A stretch of DNA of 64,000 nt from Callorhinchus milii (lineage: Eukaryota), in the NCBI RefSeq assembly GCF_018977255.1, contig NW_024704743.1:6076001-6140000 (forward strand). Reading direction: 5' to 3'. The notes beneath the pieces were generated by a model that saw only the letters and a list, made by a program, of their open reading frames with translations, did not search any database and was not told where the DNA came from. How positions within the stretch are numbered: the stretch's first letter is position 1; the number at the start of each line of letters is the position of its first letter. A program made the translations under genes and the position numbers. Below, piece after piece: positions 13,797 through 27,142 of this stretch.

Positions 13797-14158
13797 ATAA
13801 TAATAATAATAATCCTTGCATTTGATATAGCACCTTATCATGTTGTTGAGACGTCTCAAAGGACTTCACAGAATATATTGTAAAGTGGATCGATTGTGTA
13901 TTTGTGGCTAAATGCGGCAGCCGATTGCGCACAGTAGTGTCCCACAAACAGTGGTGAATTGAGTGATAACATTTTTGTTTTGAGGGATTATTAGACCTGG
14001 AAAGCAATCCACCAATCGACTAACATCCAGTTTCCTACTTACTGCTAGGTAAACAGAGTCCTGTGGTGTGGGGAATCTTGCCTAAGGTTTTGCCCCATTC
14101 AGGAATCAAATCTGGGTTGTCTCGCTTGCGAGGCATGTGCTAACCACTATTGGACTCC
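13797..14158 (-). mobile_element. tRNA-Ala-headed SINE, long subfamily
   Basis: Same head, internal segment and tail as 43486 and 57641. Confidence 0.75.
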
Positions 14159-14329
14159 AATAATTGGAATGGACTCCAATAATTGGAATTTTCATGAAAA
14201 ATCACCCGGTTTACGATATTCTGTATTTCTGTTCATATGCTTTTTAAATTCTAAATCACATAGTTCTTTCTATTAGAATTCATTAAGTTTAGAAAAAGTA
14301 TGATTCTCTTTCTTTTCTTCAAATTACAG

Positions 14330-14380
14330 GCAAACTCAGAAAATCTGCAACCAAATTCTCGCAGGGATACATTTGTTAAG
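14330..14380 (+). CDS. ACBD5: ACBD5 short exon
   Basis: Polypyrimidine tract + ttacag|, AAG|gtaact, 51 nt ANSENLQPNSRRDTFVK, phase 0->0. Confidence 0.85.
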
Positions 14381-14429
14381 GTAACTTACTGCAAATCACT
14401 TAAATCTTGAATGCCTAAACCCTACTTCT

Positions 14430-15655
14430 CCAACATGCTGCTCACTGGTCACTGGTGGACTAGCCATGCCACGTTGACCTCTCCACCCTACCCACCCACC
14501 CCACCTCTGGTCCGCTTTTAGTCTTAATGTGCGACCCAGCTGCTTCCCCCAAAATGCCTCTACCCTCCACTACTCCCGCTCGATCCTTCTTTCCCACCGC
14601 CCTCCCCGCCTACTATCCCTGCTCAACCATCCCACACCTTCCCTCTACTCCAGCTTGTGAATCCTCCGTCGCTCCCACCGTGGCAAACACCACTGGCTGT
14701 CCAACAGCAGCCATCCTGACTGCCCCATGCTCCACCTCCGTTGACCCCAGGGGCCAACCTCTCCTCCCTTATCCACATTCCCACCCTCCCAGACAATACT
14801 CCTCCTCATCTCACCCCTTCCTCCACCACCAGCTGACCCCTCCACATCGGTCTACAAAATGCCTGCTCTCGCTCCAGCAAAACACTCACCATCCAAGGAA
14901 AACATTGACATTCTCGCCCTCACAGAAACCTGGGTCACCCCAGGCAACACCATCCAGCTACACCTTCCATCATACCCCATGACCTAACCGCCATGGTGAC
15001 AGTGTGGCTCTCATCTCCTGGTTCCCACTCGGCCTATCCGCTTACTCCTCCCTTTCAACATCGATCTGCCCCTCTTGGTGACATCATCCGTAGACATGGG
15101 GTCAACTTCCACATGTATGCAGATGACACCCAACTTTATCTCTCCGCCTCCACCCTCAACTCCAGGACCACTGTTGTCCTGACTCAATGTCTGTTAGACA
15201 TCAAGTCCTGGATAAGAGCTAACTTTCTGCAGTTGAATGTCAGCAAGACCAAGGCCACCCTGCTTTGCCCTCCACACCTCAGGCACTGACAGCATCACTC
15301 TTCATGGATGCACTCTGCACCTCATGGAGCCAGTATGGAACCTCAGGGTCCTGTTCAACCCACAACTATCCTGCATACCCCACATCCGTGCCGTGACCCG
15401 CTCTGCTTTCCCCACCTCTGCAACATTGCCCGGCTCCGCCACTCTCTTGCATTGCAGGCCGCCAAGACCCTCATCCACACATTCATCACATCCGGGCTCA
15501 ACTATGGAAACTCCCTGCTTGTCAGCTTCCCAAATTCCTTCCTCCACAGGCTGCAGATTATTCAGAACTCTGCAGCTCGTGTCCTCTCCCACACCAGGCT
15601 CCGTGAACCCATCACTCAGAGGATACAGTTCAAGATCCTGGTCTTCACCTTCAAT
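14430..15655 (+). mobile_element. Internally deleted L2 LINE (APE and RT remnants)
   Basis: [11 protein letters not shown] at 14901-14933; [11 protein letters not shown] near 15107; LQIIQNSAARVL; frameshifted. Confidence 0.8.
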
Positions 15656-16284
15656 ACAATATAATACAAAATTACATTTGTATAGTGCCTTTCACGTCGG
15701 GAGGACGTCCCAAGGTGCTGGACAATCGAGGATTTGGACCTGAGCTGGTCAAAGCCCCCCCACGTACTTGCTCCTTCATATCTTCATATAATAATGTTTA
15801 ATAATGTTTTACTGTTTAATTTTATTTCAAAATATTTTGTAATGTTGATAATTTTATCAGAAAAATAGCTACAAGACTACCGGATGTTGTAAATGCCCAG
15901 TTGATTCACTAATGTTCTTCAGGAAAGGAATTCTGCCATCCTTACCTGATCTGGTAGACACACAACTCCAGCCACCCTACGTGGCTGACTCTTTAACACT
16001 TTCTGAGGTGGCCTTATTTGGTTATGAGAAAGCTCCCCCATCACTTTCTCTGTCAATCAGAGATGGGCAATAAATGCTTCCCCCACCAGCGTCACCCACA
16101 ACCCAAGATGAGTTTTTTTAAAAAAGTATATTTTGGTAATGGTTCTTACAACAAGATAATAATAATTCTTATCACATCATTGAGACATCTCAAAGCGCTT
16201 CACAGTGCACACTGTAATGTGAATTGACTGTATATTTTGTGGATGAAACTCTGAGATACATCACTCTTGTGTTTATTTTTCCAG

Positions 16285-16394
16285 AAATCGTCTTGGTGGC
16301 CTTTTGAAGTGTCAGGCCATACCCTAGCATTTGCAGTGCTTTGGCCTTTCATTGCCCAATTGCTGGTACACTTGTATTTTCAAAGGAGAAAGAG
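16285..16394 (+). CDS. ACBD5: ACBD5 tail-anchor transmembrane exon
   Basis: KSSWWPFEVSGHTLAFAVLWPFIAQLLVHLYFQRRK; ccag| and AG|gtaatt, phase 0->2. Confidence 0.96.
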
Positions 16395-16495
16395 GTAATT
16401 TAATAAGTCAATAATCTTTTTCTGTTTGTCAGTCCTCATTATGAAACACTTGTTGAATAAACTCTTCCTTTATTTCTCCCTCGACCTCCCTCCAG

Positions 16496-16508
16496 AAAAC
16501 TGAATTAG
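16496..16508 (+). CDS. ACBD5: ACBD5 final coding exon (R-K-L-N-stop)
   Basis: ctccctccag|A AAA CTG AAT TAG completes the basic tail RRKRKLN*. Confidence 0.92.
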
Positions 16509-16770
16509 ATGTCCTTCTGGGATTATGAAGGTCTTAAAAGGTAGATCCATGGAAACTGGAGACTGCAAATGATTCTTGTCTCCTGTGTGTTCAGTGGCAT
16601 TTTACCTTCCCTAAGTCAAGGTGTGCATTTTGGTTGAACACCACAGTGAATGCACTGTACATAACTAACTGTGAGAACTACTGATACTTGAACCAAATTG
16701 TTACATTAATTGTGAATGAATTTAATAATTATTCTGAAAGCATATTCTTGTTCTAACATTTAATTTATGT

Positions 16771-16776
16771 AATAAA
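16771..16776 (+). terminator. Candidate ACBD5 proximal polyadenylation signal AATAAA
   Basis: First AATAAA about 260 nt after the stop, in AU-rich sequence; usage unverified. Confidence 0.4.
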
Positions 16777-19700
16777 ACACTACAATATGTCACTGTAATA
16801 ATTAACACTATCTGAATGCAAATCTCAATGTTCATTTCAACTGTTGTGATACAAGTGGAATCCTGTTAGAAATTACAGGATCTGTTAGAATCATTATATT
16901 TCAGTCCTTCCCTGGACTATTCTGTTTGTGTTTGTATAAAATCAAGACTTCTGTATTGAGACTGATCCATCAGATGTGGTGTTTGCATCTTTTTCTTTTC
17001 AATGCATGTGATTTATCTGTACATACTAAGCAATCATCCATTGTGAAGTCTTGATTCATATCATTTCTGTTAATAGCTGTACAAATTGTAGAATACAAGT
17101 ATGAAAATAGGTGCAATATTTTTCAATTGCATTGTATTAAAATTGTAAACTGTAGGAGACAGAAAATGTGATGTCTAATAGACATTCTATTATCTAATAG
17201 AAATATTTAGTATGGTACTTATTTCAAAAATTGGAACTAAATTGAGCTAAGATACATTTATTAAAGCAAATGGATATTGTAACAACTGTTCATATTAAGA
17301 TTATTATTAGAGTTCTAAAGTAACTTCAAGAAAGTGGCTGTAAGCATGAAAATACCTGTCAAGATTATTGCTTTAAGCATCATACACTGATATATTTTTA
17401 GCACATGAAACCCAAATTAAACTTTCCTGGAATTCTTGAATGTTTTCGTATCTAACAAAAAGTAATCACACTATCAAAAATCCATTCTCCTGCAGCCCAT
17501 AGTTAGATTGAATTAAAAAAATCTTTCACTGGATTAAATCCATGCTATAAAATATTGATAAAATCTACAAGCTAAATTAATGGTTACTCCTACCATAATT
17601 TGGGGGATACTAAGTCAAAACTCTTAAGAGAATATGTAAAAGCTTTTGAAAAAATAATAATGCAAACCACAACTCCCAAGAACATCTCTACAGAATAACA
17701 TTTTACAAAATCTCTAGTGTAAGAAAGAAGCATATTGTGTAAGTGCCAGAGCACCTATAGGATGGTGTGTGGACATTGTATGTGGAGTATATCAATAGCC
17801 AAAACTATATTGATACTGCATCTGTAGGTTGGTAATTGATCTCATTGTTTCAGTTGGTTATAATTACCTTAAGTAATTTTCTTTCAGCAATAATTCACGG
17901 GGAAGAAGGAAAATCAGTCATTGTGGGATCCAGGAGAGAATTTAGCACAACTATCAAACTGCAGGTTTGTTGTGAACGTGTGTAGGTTGGCCCAATGGAG
18001 GTTCTTGGCTGAGTTTAGCCCAAGTAAGGTTTTCACTGCTGCATTAGCAAATTAAGAAAATCCCTGGGAATTTCTCTTCCTATTTTCTGCTAAGGTAGTG
18101 AGAAATAGAAGTATGTGTAGACTGGCTAACCCTCTCCTGAACTGCACTGAGTAGATCCTTTGAATTGTCTGTTACACAATATCTGTGTGGAAATTTTGGT
18201 TATGCTTTGATGACCTGAGGGGTAACCTTCAGAGATGAATCAACAAGGTCACCTTTTCAGATAGGTAAGACGTTGAAATTCCAGGAGGTTTCTGAATAAA
18301 TAAGGAATCACAAGGCTAACTTTCCCGATAGTTTTGGAGGTCGTCATTATCTTTTAACGTTTATTCTCCGCAAGCGATCAAAAACAAATTGGAAAATACA
18401 AGGTATTGTACAAGCAATGAGATTTGCTCGTCAGGAGCGAGTCCTGATGCATTTAAATCCTGGAATAGACCTGAGGCAATAAGTGTTCTTTTGACCTCAG
18501 TGCATGTAGGTTGATTTCTAGTGTTGATATGGTAATTGTGGAGGTTACTTCCTTGTAAAAAATAAATTGCATCGTTGGTGACATTGTATTTGGAGGAAGA
18601 CAAAATTCTACATTGTTATGGTGCTATATGCCGCGAGACTCTGGAATTCTCTGCCCCAACCCTTACTCCCTCCTTGCCTGCCTTCAGATCGCATCTGAAA
18701 GCCTTCCTGTTTGACTGTATCTATGGTTACCTCCCCTCGCTCTCTGGCTCAGTGTCAAGCTCTGCCATTGGTGTCAAGCGCTCTGAGATCTGCAGGACTT
18801 ACTGTATCAAGGCAACGTGCTTTAGTTTTACTCGGTTTGATGAGGTTTATACTTAGACCATCAACTAAGGTTAACATTGGCGACACTTGCAGACACCTTC
18901 CGTGGCTGAAAACTATATTGTGGCCTGAAATTTAATTGAATCTATTCCCCATTTAATAACCTTAATAGTTTTAATAACAGTGCATGGGCTGTTGGGTTCA
19001 ATGGGTTATTAAATTCAGTGGACGGTTGGATTCTTGTGGCCCACATAATCTGTTCTGGTTTTAACTTTCATGTTTCTGCAATACAACAAAAAATGTCCTA
19101 TCTGTTAAGAAAAACATAAGACACAGGATTCCTGTTCAATTTTGATTCATCATCCAAGGACAAAAACTGGAGGGAGGGGGCAGAAGAGAGGAAATCCTAA
19201 GACAGGGAACTAGTGTAGCACCGCATAGCATTGTGTGTGAGTTGACACTTTCTGATATCCATCTTCTGAAAAGATACTTGACAAAAATCAATTGTCTTAG
19301 AAAAAAGCTTTTAGAAAAGAAACTTGACAAGAGAGTACAAAAATGCTGATGCAGCTCATTCTAATAATTATCTTCTCACTTTATTGGGTGGTTTTAGATC
19401 ACGTTGGGGGGATCTCATTGTGGCCAATTCTTAACAGGAGTCATTAATATTGTCTCCCAGGTTGGAAATAGCAACACCTGCCAGTAACTGGAGCTGCGGA
19501 AACGTGCTCCATCTTTGCCAGATAGCAGACCAATGCCCGCAGTTCTGATTACTGATAGCTTTCTCTGCTTGCAGGCACGTTAATACAAACTGCCGCAAAT
19601 TAGATTGCAGAACCTTTCAAAATATGCCTCACCTCACTGTATGGTACAAATCCAGGAAGAACAAAATGTTCTGGCCTCACAAACTAGGAATGTCAGGATC

Positions 19701-19777
19701 AATTCATATTACAAATGTGAGCTGTTTGAGATTGATAAATAAAACTGAACACTCAGTAATCCAATGATAATAGGTTA

Positions 19778-19783
19778 TTTATT
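19778..19783 (-). terminator. Candidate MASTL polyadenylation signal
   Basis: AATAAA on the minus strand about 1.5 kb after the stop, with U-rich sequence downstream; usage unverified. Confidence 0.35.
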
Positions 19784-21297
19784 CAAAATCGTCGCTGTAC
19801 AAACTGCGAGTTGAACATAAAGCTGAAAGTGTAAAAGTTTGTTGACACTGTGACAGCCAGACATTAAGTACTGTATATGCATTATTAACAAGTATTCCTC
19901 CAACATAACTGGTTTCCAGACAGAAATGTTGTACTTAAAATCATTTTGCAAACAATATGGAGCTTGGTTACAGCATCCGTTTAGAGGGAGTTCTGTAAAC
20001 TCTAAAATGACTTATTGTATCCTTACTATACAATGCACCATCACGGAAGAACAGACCAGGAAACTGGGTGGGTCTAAAGTTTCCAAATGATATTCTCTTC
20101 TGGAATTTGCAAGTTTCTGATAAGTGGCAGGTGATGTTAAATAAACATCAACTGACATTAAACTTCACTTTTCAACGACAGAGGAATTTTACAAAATAAA
20201 AGTTGGTTCTATACAACAGTAATAGTTGCTTATGTTGACAGATTTTGTTTGGAAAAAAAAAGTTATTTTGATCCGAATGTTTGTCGGGCAAACACACATT
20301 GCAGTACAATGTTACCGAGTCCAGCTCTGAAAATGCACACAGGTGGTGAATTGTGTTCTAATGGTTACAGTGTAAGAACAGTTTTTAGCGTTTATCACAA
20401 TAAAATACTTTGAAGGTAAATAATAGGGTCAGTTTTTGCAGCCATTTGAATTAGCAAGATTCTACAAACAGCTATGAGGTAAGCGACCAATTAATCTGGA
20501 GGTGTTGTCCAGGACACCACGAAAACTCCCTTCTCTACTGAACAGTATCAAGGGATCGCTGACATCCGTTTGATCAAACTTCTAACAATGTTGGCACTTA
20601 CATTGTTACAGGGTGTTTGCTCAATTTAGGCACCTCAAACTCAAGCAAAAGATCTGTTGGTTCTGGTGCTGACGTTTGGAGACAGAGCGAGCCCTTGTAC
20701 ATAAAGTGGGCTGTGACATAACTTCTCACCTTAATCAACTGGATATTGAAACAAGCGGACAAAAGGTAGGAAGAGCAATAATGTTTCAGGACTTCAATAT
20801 AAAGTAGAATTGGATTCAACCACATTCTCAATAATTACAATTTACAAAAGGAAGGATCCTTAATATTGCTGACTTTAGTTCGGAACCATTAAATAAAGTG
20901 CACTTCAATTTGGAAAGGAAGATTATTTAGAGAGGGACACTTAATTAGCTTTCATATTAAAAATTCTGTCCGACAAAGTGGGAAATGACTATTTCAAAGA
21001 ATAATGAAGTAATGAAGGGAGAAAGCGAGATGGAGACTTAAACGCAAACAACTAATAACATCTTAATTTAAAAAGCCTTGTAAATTACATTACACACTGG
21101 CCAACAAAAAAAATGTTAATCTCAGTTAAGTGACAAACTTTAATAGAGTAAAATAGGCAGTAAAGATAGCTCTACCCATCAGGCACAAGCCATCCTCAGT
21201 ATAAAGGATTGTCACACAGTCTCGCACGACTACAGGCTGATGCTTTCCCCCCTCCAACCTCCAATACTGCGCATAGGTTCAACCAACACCTGCAGAT

Positions 21298-21455
21298 CTA
21301 TAAGCTGAATCCTGAAACAGTCAAGTGTTGTGCATTATTTCTAGCTTCAAAGTAGGTTGTATCGGTCTCGTCGACTGGTTGCGGCACGAAAGGCATCGGG
21401 CAATTCTGCAGAGTGTCCCAATCGATGCTGTGAAAGAGTGCGTGCTTCCTGAGCT
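21298..21455 (-). CDS. MASTL: MASTL (Greatwall kinase) exon 12, AGC C-tail and stop
   Basis: [13 protein letters not shown]...[31 protein letters not shown]; tttcag| acceptor. Confidence 0.96.
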
Positions 21456-21512
21456 CTGAAAGATAAACCAAAGTAAGTTCTCGCTCTTCAAAACCTGCTC
21501 TCCTGTCTGCCA

Positions 21513-21965
21513 AGCTTCAGATCATGCAGAACTCTGCAGCTCACATCCTCTCCAGCAAGGCTCCATGTTCCCCATCACCTCCATCCTTACCAGGCTTACC
21601 TGCAAATGCCTCTGAGGCCTTGCTTCACCCCAACTCTGCAATCTCTTGCAAATCTAATCCCCACACTTTCTGCTCAAGCAAATCTGGTCTGCTTCGTGCA
21701 CCCCCTCTACGCCTGCTCTGCCCCGCCATTAACAAGCGAGCGTTCAGCCATTTTGTCTCTGCGCTCCGGAACTCTCGTCCGAAATTTCTCTGCCTCCCTC
21801 CATGTCCGTTATCAAAACCTGTCTAACAACAGAATATAGAACCCGTCTATATTTTTGACTGCACCTTCTGCAATCTTTCCCCCCCACCCCCTTTATTTCT
21901 CTCGAAGCTCAGGCTCCCACTCAAGTCTTTGTAAAACACTTTGAGGCGTTCCCCTCACGTGACAA
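21513..21965 (+). mobile_element. L2 LINE 3' fragment
   Basis: [13 protein letters not shown] motif, C-rich. Confidence 0.65.
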
Positions 21966-22283
21966 GGGTGCGGGCGAGTCGTGGTTTGGTTTCAGTTTTG
22001 ATAGGAAAAGATACAGAAGCTCAGATCCTAAGGACATTTGAGTACATTGCATGGAACAACACGAAAGCTTATACCCAATGTTTCCCCTCTGACAACACAC
22101 AACACACGAGAGCACTGCAGCCTCAGTTTGGGACAAGTTCCAAAGCGGGGCTTGAACCCACAACCTTCTGACTCAAGAGACGAGACAGTGTTGCTGCTGA
22201 GCCAAGCTGACACACACGGTGCAGCAGAACAACCTACTAATTGCTGTCTCCTCAATTTTGATCTCAACGCCCTAAAGCAATAC

Positions 22284-22385
22284 CTTTTACCCCTGCTCTC
22301 TTGGCACAATCGAGGGTCAGCAGAATATCAACTGCATCGTGGGCGCTTTTGGACAATTCTTCTTCATCTTCTGGCCAAGGTATAT
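22284..22385 (-). CDS. MASTL: MASTL exon 11
   Basis: [34 protein letters not shown]; gacag| and G|gtattg, 102 nt. Confidence 0.94.
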
Positions 22386-23276
22386 CTGTCGGAAAAATGT
22401 ATTATTATTACTGAGAGTATGGCATCAAGTCTCATCACTTAAAGATTTAAACATGCAAACACTAATATGCTGTATTCAAGTAAGAAATTGATTGGTTACG
22501 CAGCTATTTAGTAATTGCTCTACAATGTAACTTTAACAAACATGCATTCATAATTTAGAATACTGTTGGATTTGGTTTCATCTCGGAAATCTGTTTTGTG
22601 TAATTCTCCAAAGAACATACAGAAAACTGGCTCCAAATTAAGATTGCGTTTAAGAATTTGCCGAATTCTGAACTTTAAACAAAATCTAATCTAGATTTAA
22701 ATTACATTGGGTAATTTCTCCCCAAGTATTTCTCAATAAATATTTGTGGGTTAGGAGAATTTGTTTAAATCCGGGATCAGGGCACAGGATAAGAACACAG
22801 TTGTTATCTCCTCAATCTGCCCACATTGGAAATGGCAACACTCCCAAGGATTACTGGTTTTTTAGCTAATTGCTCAGTGCAGAATAGCAAAATGAGCAAT
22901 TTTACTGACAACAGCAAATTGTAGTACGCATCTTGTTTAAACAATAAGATCCTGGCAGTGATCAGAGTGGATAACAATTAGATGCACTTGTTGCAAGTAT
23001 TTAAAATTCTGGATCACCTGCTTGGCAATTCTGAGGAACAAATTTATTAGTGTTCACCTGCAAAAATAATCTGATGTTTTGCTTCACTCCTTGTAATATC
23101 CAACAACGTGAACAGACATTCACTCCTTTCGCCCACAATATACACAGTCAATTCACTTTACAGTATAATCTGTGAAGCGCTTTGAGACATCTCGAAGACA
23201 AGAGAAGGCCCAATATCAAATGCAAGGATTATTATTACTATTATCGTAAAATAAATGCATATATACACAAACAAAC

Positions 23277-23390
23277 CTCGATTTAAAATGTTCTGAAAAA
23301 CCTGTTGCGCCGTCGTGTCATTGAAAGGTGGAATTCCAGTCAGAAACTCAAACAAGCACACACCAAGTGCCCACCAGTCCACCGCAGGGC
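23277..23390 (-). CDS. MASTL: MASTL exon 10 (kinase subdomain IX)
   Basis: [38 protein letters not shown]; gctag| and |gtttgt. Confidence 0.96.
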
Positions 23391-23696
23391 CTAGCACAAA
23401 AAAGTTATACATATTATAGACACAGACTGTGTACAGTTACGTTAGAGACAAATGATTCCAATGGGAACTTGTTTTCTTTATATCCACAAGAATATTTCAG
23501 AATTGTTTTGCTGCATCTTCAATATCTTCATATTCACTACAACGGTAAAGAACTGAAATCGGGGGAGAAACTGACCACAGATACATTGGCTGGGATTGAC
23601 AAGTAAATGACTGATGGGATTGGTATGCTATATATCCCGCCAATGTAACCGATGGACTGGGTATATTCCCCACGTACAAGATGGGTGCGTTATACA

Positions 23697-24062
23697 CAAC
23701 AACTTGTATTTATATAGCGTCTTCACCCAGGATAGCGTCTCATGGCGAAGCCTGATGCCGAGCTGGTGACCAAGAGCACAGTCGAAGAGGTGGCCAACAG
23801 GGTTGATCTGAAAATGGGGAAGGAGGGACAAGATGGAGTGATTGAGGGAGAGGCTTCCAAAGTTACAGGGTGCAGTGGCTGAAAGCACAACTGACGAAGG
23901 TGGAGCGGAGGGGATAAGGGACAAGCAGGAGACCAGAGCCAGCCGAGTGGAGGTGGCGGAGTGGGCAGGTGGGAGAGGTAGAGAGGTGCCGGGGCTTGAA
24001 GGGATTTGTAGGTGAGTGTGAGGACCTTGAAGTTAATCTGTTTCTGTGATAGGAAGCCAGGC
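23697..24062 (-). mobile_element. L2 LINE 3' fragment
   Basis: Reverse complement of L2 tail (caacaacttgtatttatatagcg) and INFKVL motif. Confidence 0.6.
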
Positions 24063-24350
24063 TGTTTTTTCTCTGCTTAACTCAGGATGTACTGAGTCTA
24101 ATTGTGGTGCCTTTAGTGCCGTCTGAGTGACATTGGCTAACTGAGCTCTAAACCCGTGACTATCTCCTCTCTGCATGGTCAGCTACTCACTGAACCAGCA
24201 ATGGGAGATGTACCAGCTTCGGGTACCACCCCACCCACAATCATCTATGCAAAGCAGCAGCCAATAGTACACATCTGTTGTTGTACACCCACTGTCCTGT
24301 TATTGCAGGGAACATGTCTGTGCAGTCAGGCTAACAAAGTATCCTCTTAC

Positions 24351-24489
24351 CATGTGGTATTTGTAGGAGCAGCTCTGGGGCCAGGTAATCCGGGGTTCCC
24401 AGGATTCGATCCTCCTCCGTTGGAGCCTGTCCTCTCCGCACACTTTTTGGAGTCCTGTACGGAGTCTGCACATTAGCTGGCTGTGGAGT
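24351..24489 (-). CDS. MASTL: MASTL exon 9 (end of NCMR, P+1 loop/APE)
   Basis: [20 protein letters not shown]...[15 protein letters not shown]; ttcag| and |gtaaga. Confidence 0.96.
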
Positions 24490-25204
24490 CTGAATATTCA
24501 GAAACAACAAGATAGATTTTTAGCGCAACTTCAGCTCTGTATTGTGAGTGTCAGCCTGGACTATGTGGGTCCCATATCCTGATGTCCTGCCGACTGACGC
24601 CTAAAAAATGCTTTATAAATCCATAAAGCAAGCCAAACCATGAATGTTTTTGTGTTCCTTTTATCTGTGTCATCACCAAGTCCTCGGAATCTATTGAAAC
24701 GGTGCAAAAATGTCACAGGTCTGAGTCTGGCAACAGAGTACATTTGGGTGATGGGATGTTTGAATGTTTCAGCAATTTTATTATCCTACCACCAGCTGGA
24801 GCTGTAGTCCCATCGACTTTACTCACTGGAGCGTTCTAGTGGCTGTAACGTGATACTACAAAGTTTGAATACTGTATTAAAAAAATATTGGCTTGAGAAC
24901 CTGAACCATTGCCATTTCTCCCGCCCGCCCCCGTATTATTTAGGCTCTTTAAGAGTATTACCAAGAGTCAGAGGTTCAATTTGATCAACTGAGGTTCAGC
25001 CTGGCTCAGCTGGCAACAATTAGTGCCTTGGGACATCCGCCCGACATGAAAGGGGCTATACAAATGTAATTTTGTTGTTGTTTTTCCTCCAAGTCAGAAG
25101 GTTGTCAGTTCAAGCCTCACATATGGACTTTGACCTCAGTCACTGCATTTCATAAAAATCTTGTGAAGTTTGCGCTCAACTTTGTTGAGTTTTGGTTAGA
25201 GCTA

Positions 25205-25557
25205 CCTACCTACCTCTCTGACCTGCTGACTCCCTACCAACCTTCCCTCTCCATCCGTTCAGCGGGCTCCGGCCTGCTCCATGTCTCCCACCCGACCTAC
25301 CATCGGTGGCCGGGCTTTCAGCCTCTCTGCCCCCACACTCTGGAACTCCATCCCACCGTCCCTTCGCCTCACTTCCTCCCTCGCCTTCTTCAAGGCCGGT
25401 CTCGACCCTTCTCTTCGATCGTGCTTTTGGTCTCCCTCCCACCTCTCTGCCTTCCCTCACCCCTCCCCCCTGCTCTGGCCCCGACACCTGACTGTTCAGC
25501 GCTTTGGGATACCCTCCCGACGTGAAAGGCATGCTATAAATGTCATTTTGTTGTTGT
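25205..25557 (+). mobile_element. L2 LINE 3' end
   Basis: TIGGRAFSLSAPTLWNSIP; tail cccgacgtgaaaggc...taaatgtcattttgttgttg. Confidence 0.8.
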
Positions 25558-25559
25558 TC

Positions 25560-26130
25560 AGCGCACACCTCCTAGCGAGAGGACCCGGATTCAATTCCCA
25601 GGCTGGACAGGGCGAAACCTGAGGCAAGTTTCCTTACTTCATACACAGTAAGTAGGAACCCCCATTTAGTCGATTGGTGGATCGCTTTCCTGGGGGAGGG
25701 AAATAATCCCATCAAAAATAATAACAACAATTTGGTCACTCAATCCACGACTGCTTGTGGGACGTTGCTGTGTGTAATTGGCTGCTACGTTTCGCCCACA
25801 AAATATACAGTCAATTCATTTTCCAGTGTAACCTGTGAAGCGCTTTGAGACGTCTCAAAGGCACTATATCAAATTATATATCAAATTAGTATATTTAGTA
25901 TTATAATTAGTATTGTATTAAATAATCCCTCCAAAACAAACAAAAAAAACAATAATAAATTGGTCATTTTCAATCTATGACTGTTTGTGGGACATTGCTG
26001 TGCACAATTGGCTGCCGCGTTCGCCCACAAATATACAGTCAATTCACTTTACAGTATATTCTGTGAAGCGCTTTGGGACGTCCTCCCGACGTGAGAAGCG
26101 CTATATCAAATGCAAGTATTATTATTATAG
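25560..26130 (+). mobile_element. Tandem SINE copies (long subfamily plus a second 3' half)
   Basis: Truncated head, internal segment, two successive body/tail units. Confidence 0.75.
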
Positions 26131-27142
26131 TATTAATATAACTTTGTGCTCAAAGCACTTCACGAATGTCAGTATTGTAGGTGCTATATCAAATGCAAAG
26201 AATATTATGAACCTGCACATCTTGAGTGTACTGTACCCCTCAACCTCAATATGTCACAGGGAAACCAGAGGAGGAGCTGATAAGATCACCAGCTTACGAA
26301 CGACCATTACAGATCGCATAAGGCTCACCTGAAGTTTACATTTTACTCAGATTAATTTTCCGTGACTAATGTATCTGATCATAGCTCAGCAATGCTCATG
26401 GACATGTGCATTATAGTTCTTACCCACAACGAGAAGCGACAATACAATTCATGGCAACGCTGGAAAGTGGCAGGTTGCAGTTTCCTTCAACAATATAGAG
26501 TACATGCTTTTAAAATCACTGCCCGCTGCCGCTTAATTTATCTTATCCCCTCACCTACTTGAGTGGTGGCTGCACTATGGGCCCAGGCTCTTCACCCGTG
26601 TTTGTTAAGAAAAAAAAGTCTTGTACCTATACTTAACAGAGGACACCCATCTGTATCTCAAGATTAATATCAGTGCAAGGGCACAGAGGTATTGAGGAAC
26701 AGAGGTATTGAGATTATCTGCACCTTGGAGTTATTAGTTGGGTGGACCAGATGGACCAATGGACGATTGCTCCTTGAAAGGACAATGTGTTTTTATATAA
26801 TCGATTCATCTTTTTACGTGTTGCGAGGCGTATGTGTCATAAAGATCCTTACATTGGTTGGATATGGCACCTTATCAAGTCGTCCATATGTCTCGAAGCA
26901 CCTCGCAGGATTTTCCTGTGATTTGTAATAATAGTCCTTGCGTTTTATATATCGCTTTATCACGTCTTTGAAACGCCACAAATCGCTTCACAGAATATAC
27001 TGTAAATATCCTTTTGTACAAGGGGCTGTTTTAGACGCTTCATTAGTTTTACCCCCAACAGAACCCGTCCGTTATGAGGGTGGTAGAAGCAGATTCGAGA
27101 GTAGCTTTCAAAAGGGAATTGGATAGGTATTTAATTAGGAGC

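Noticed and set aside
14151-14188. Exact 19-bp tandem duplication tggactccaataattggaa
   Set aside because: Two units at a SINE edge with no spacers; local slippage, not an array.
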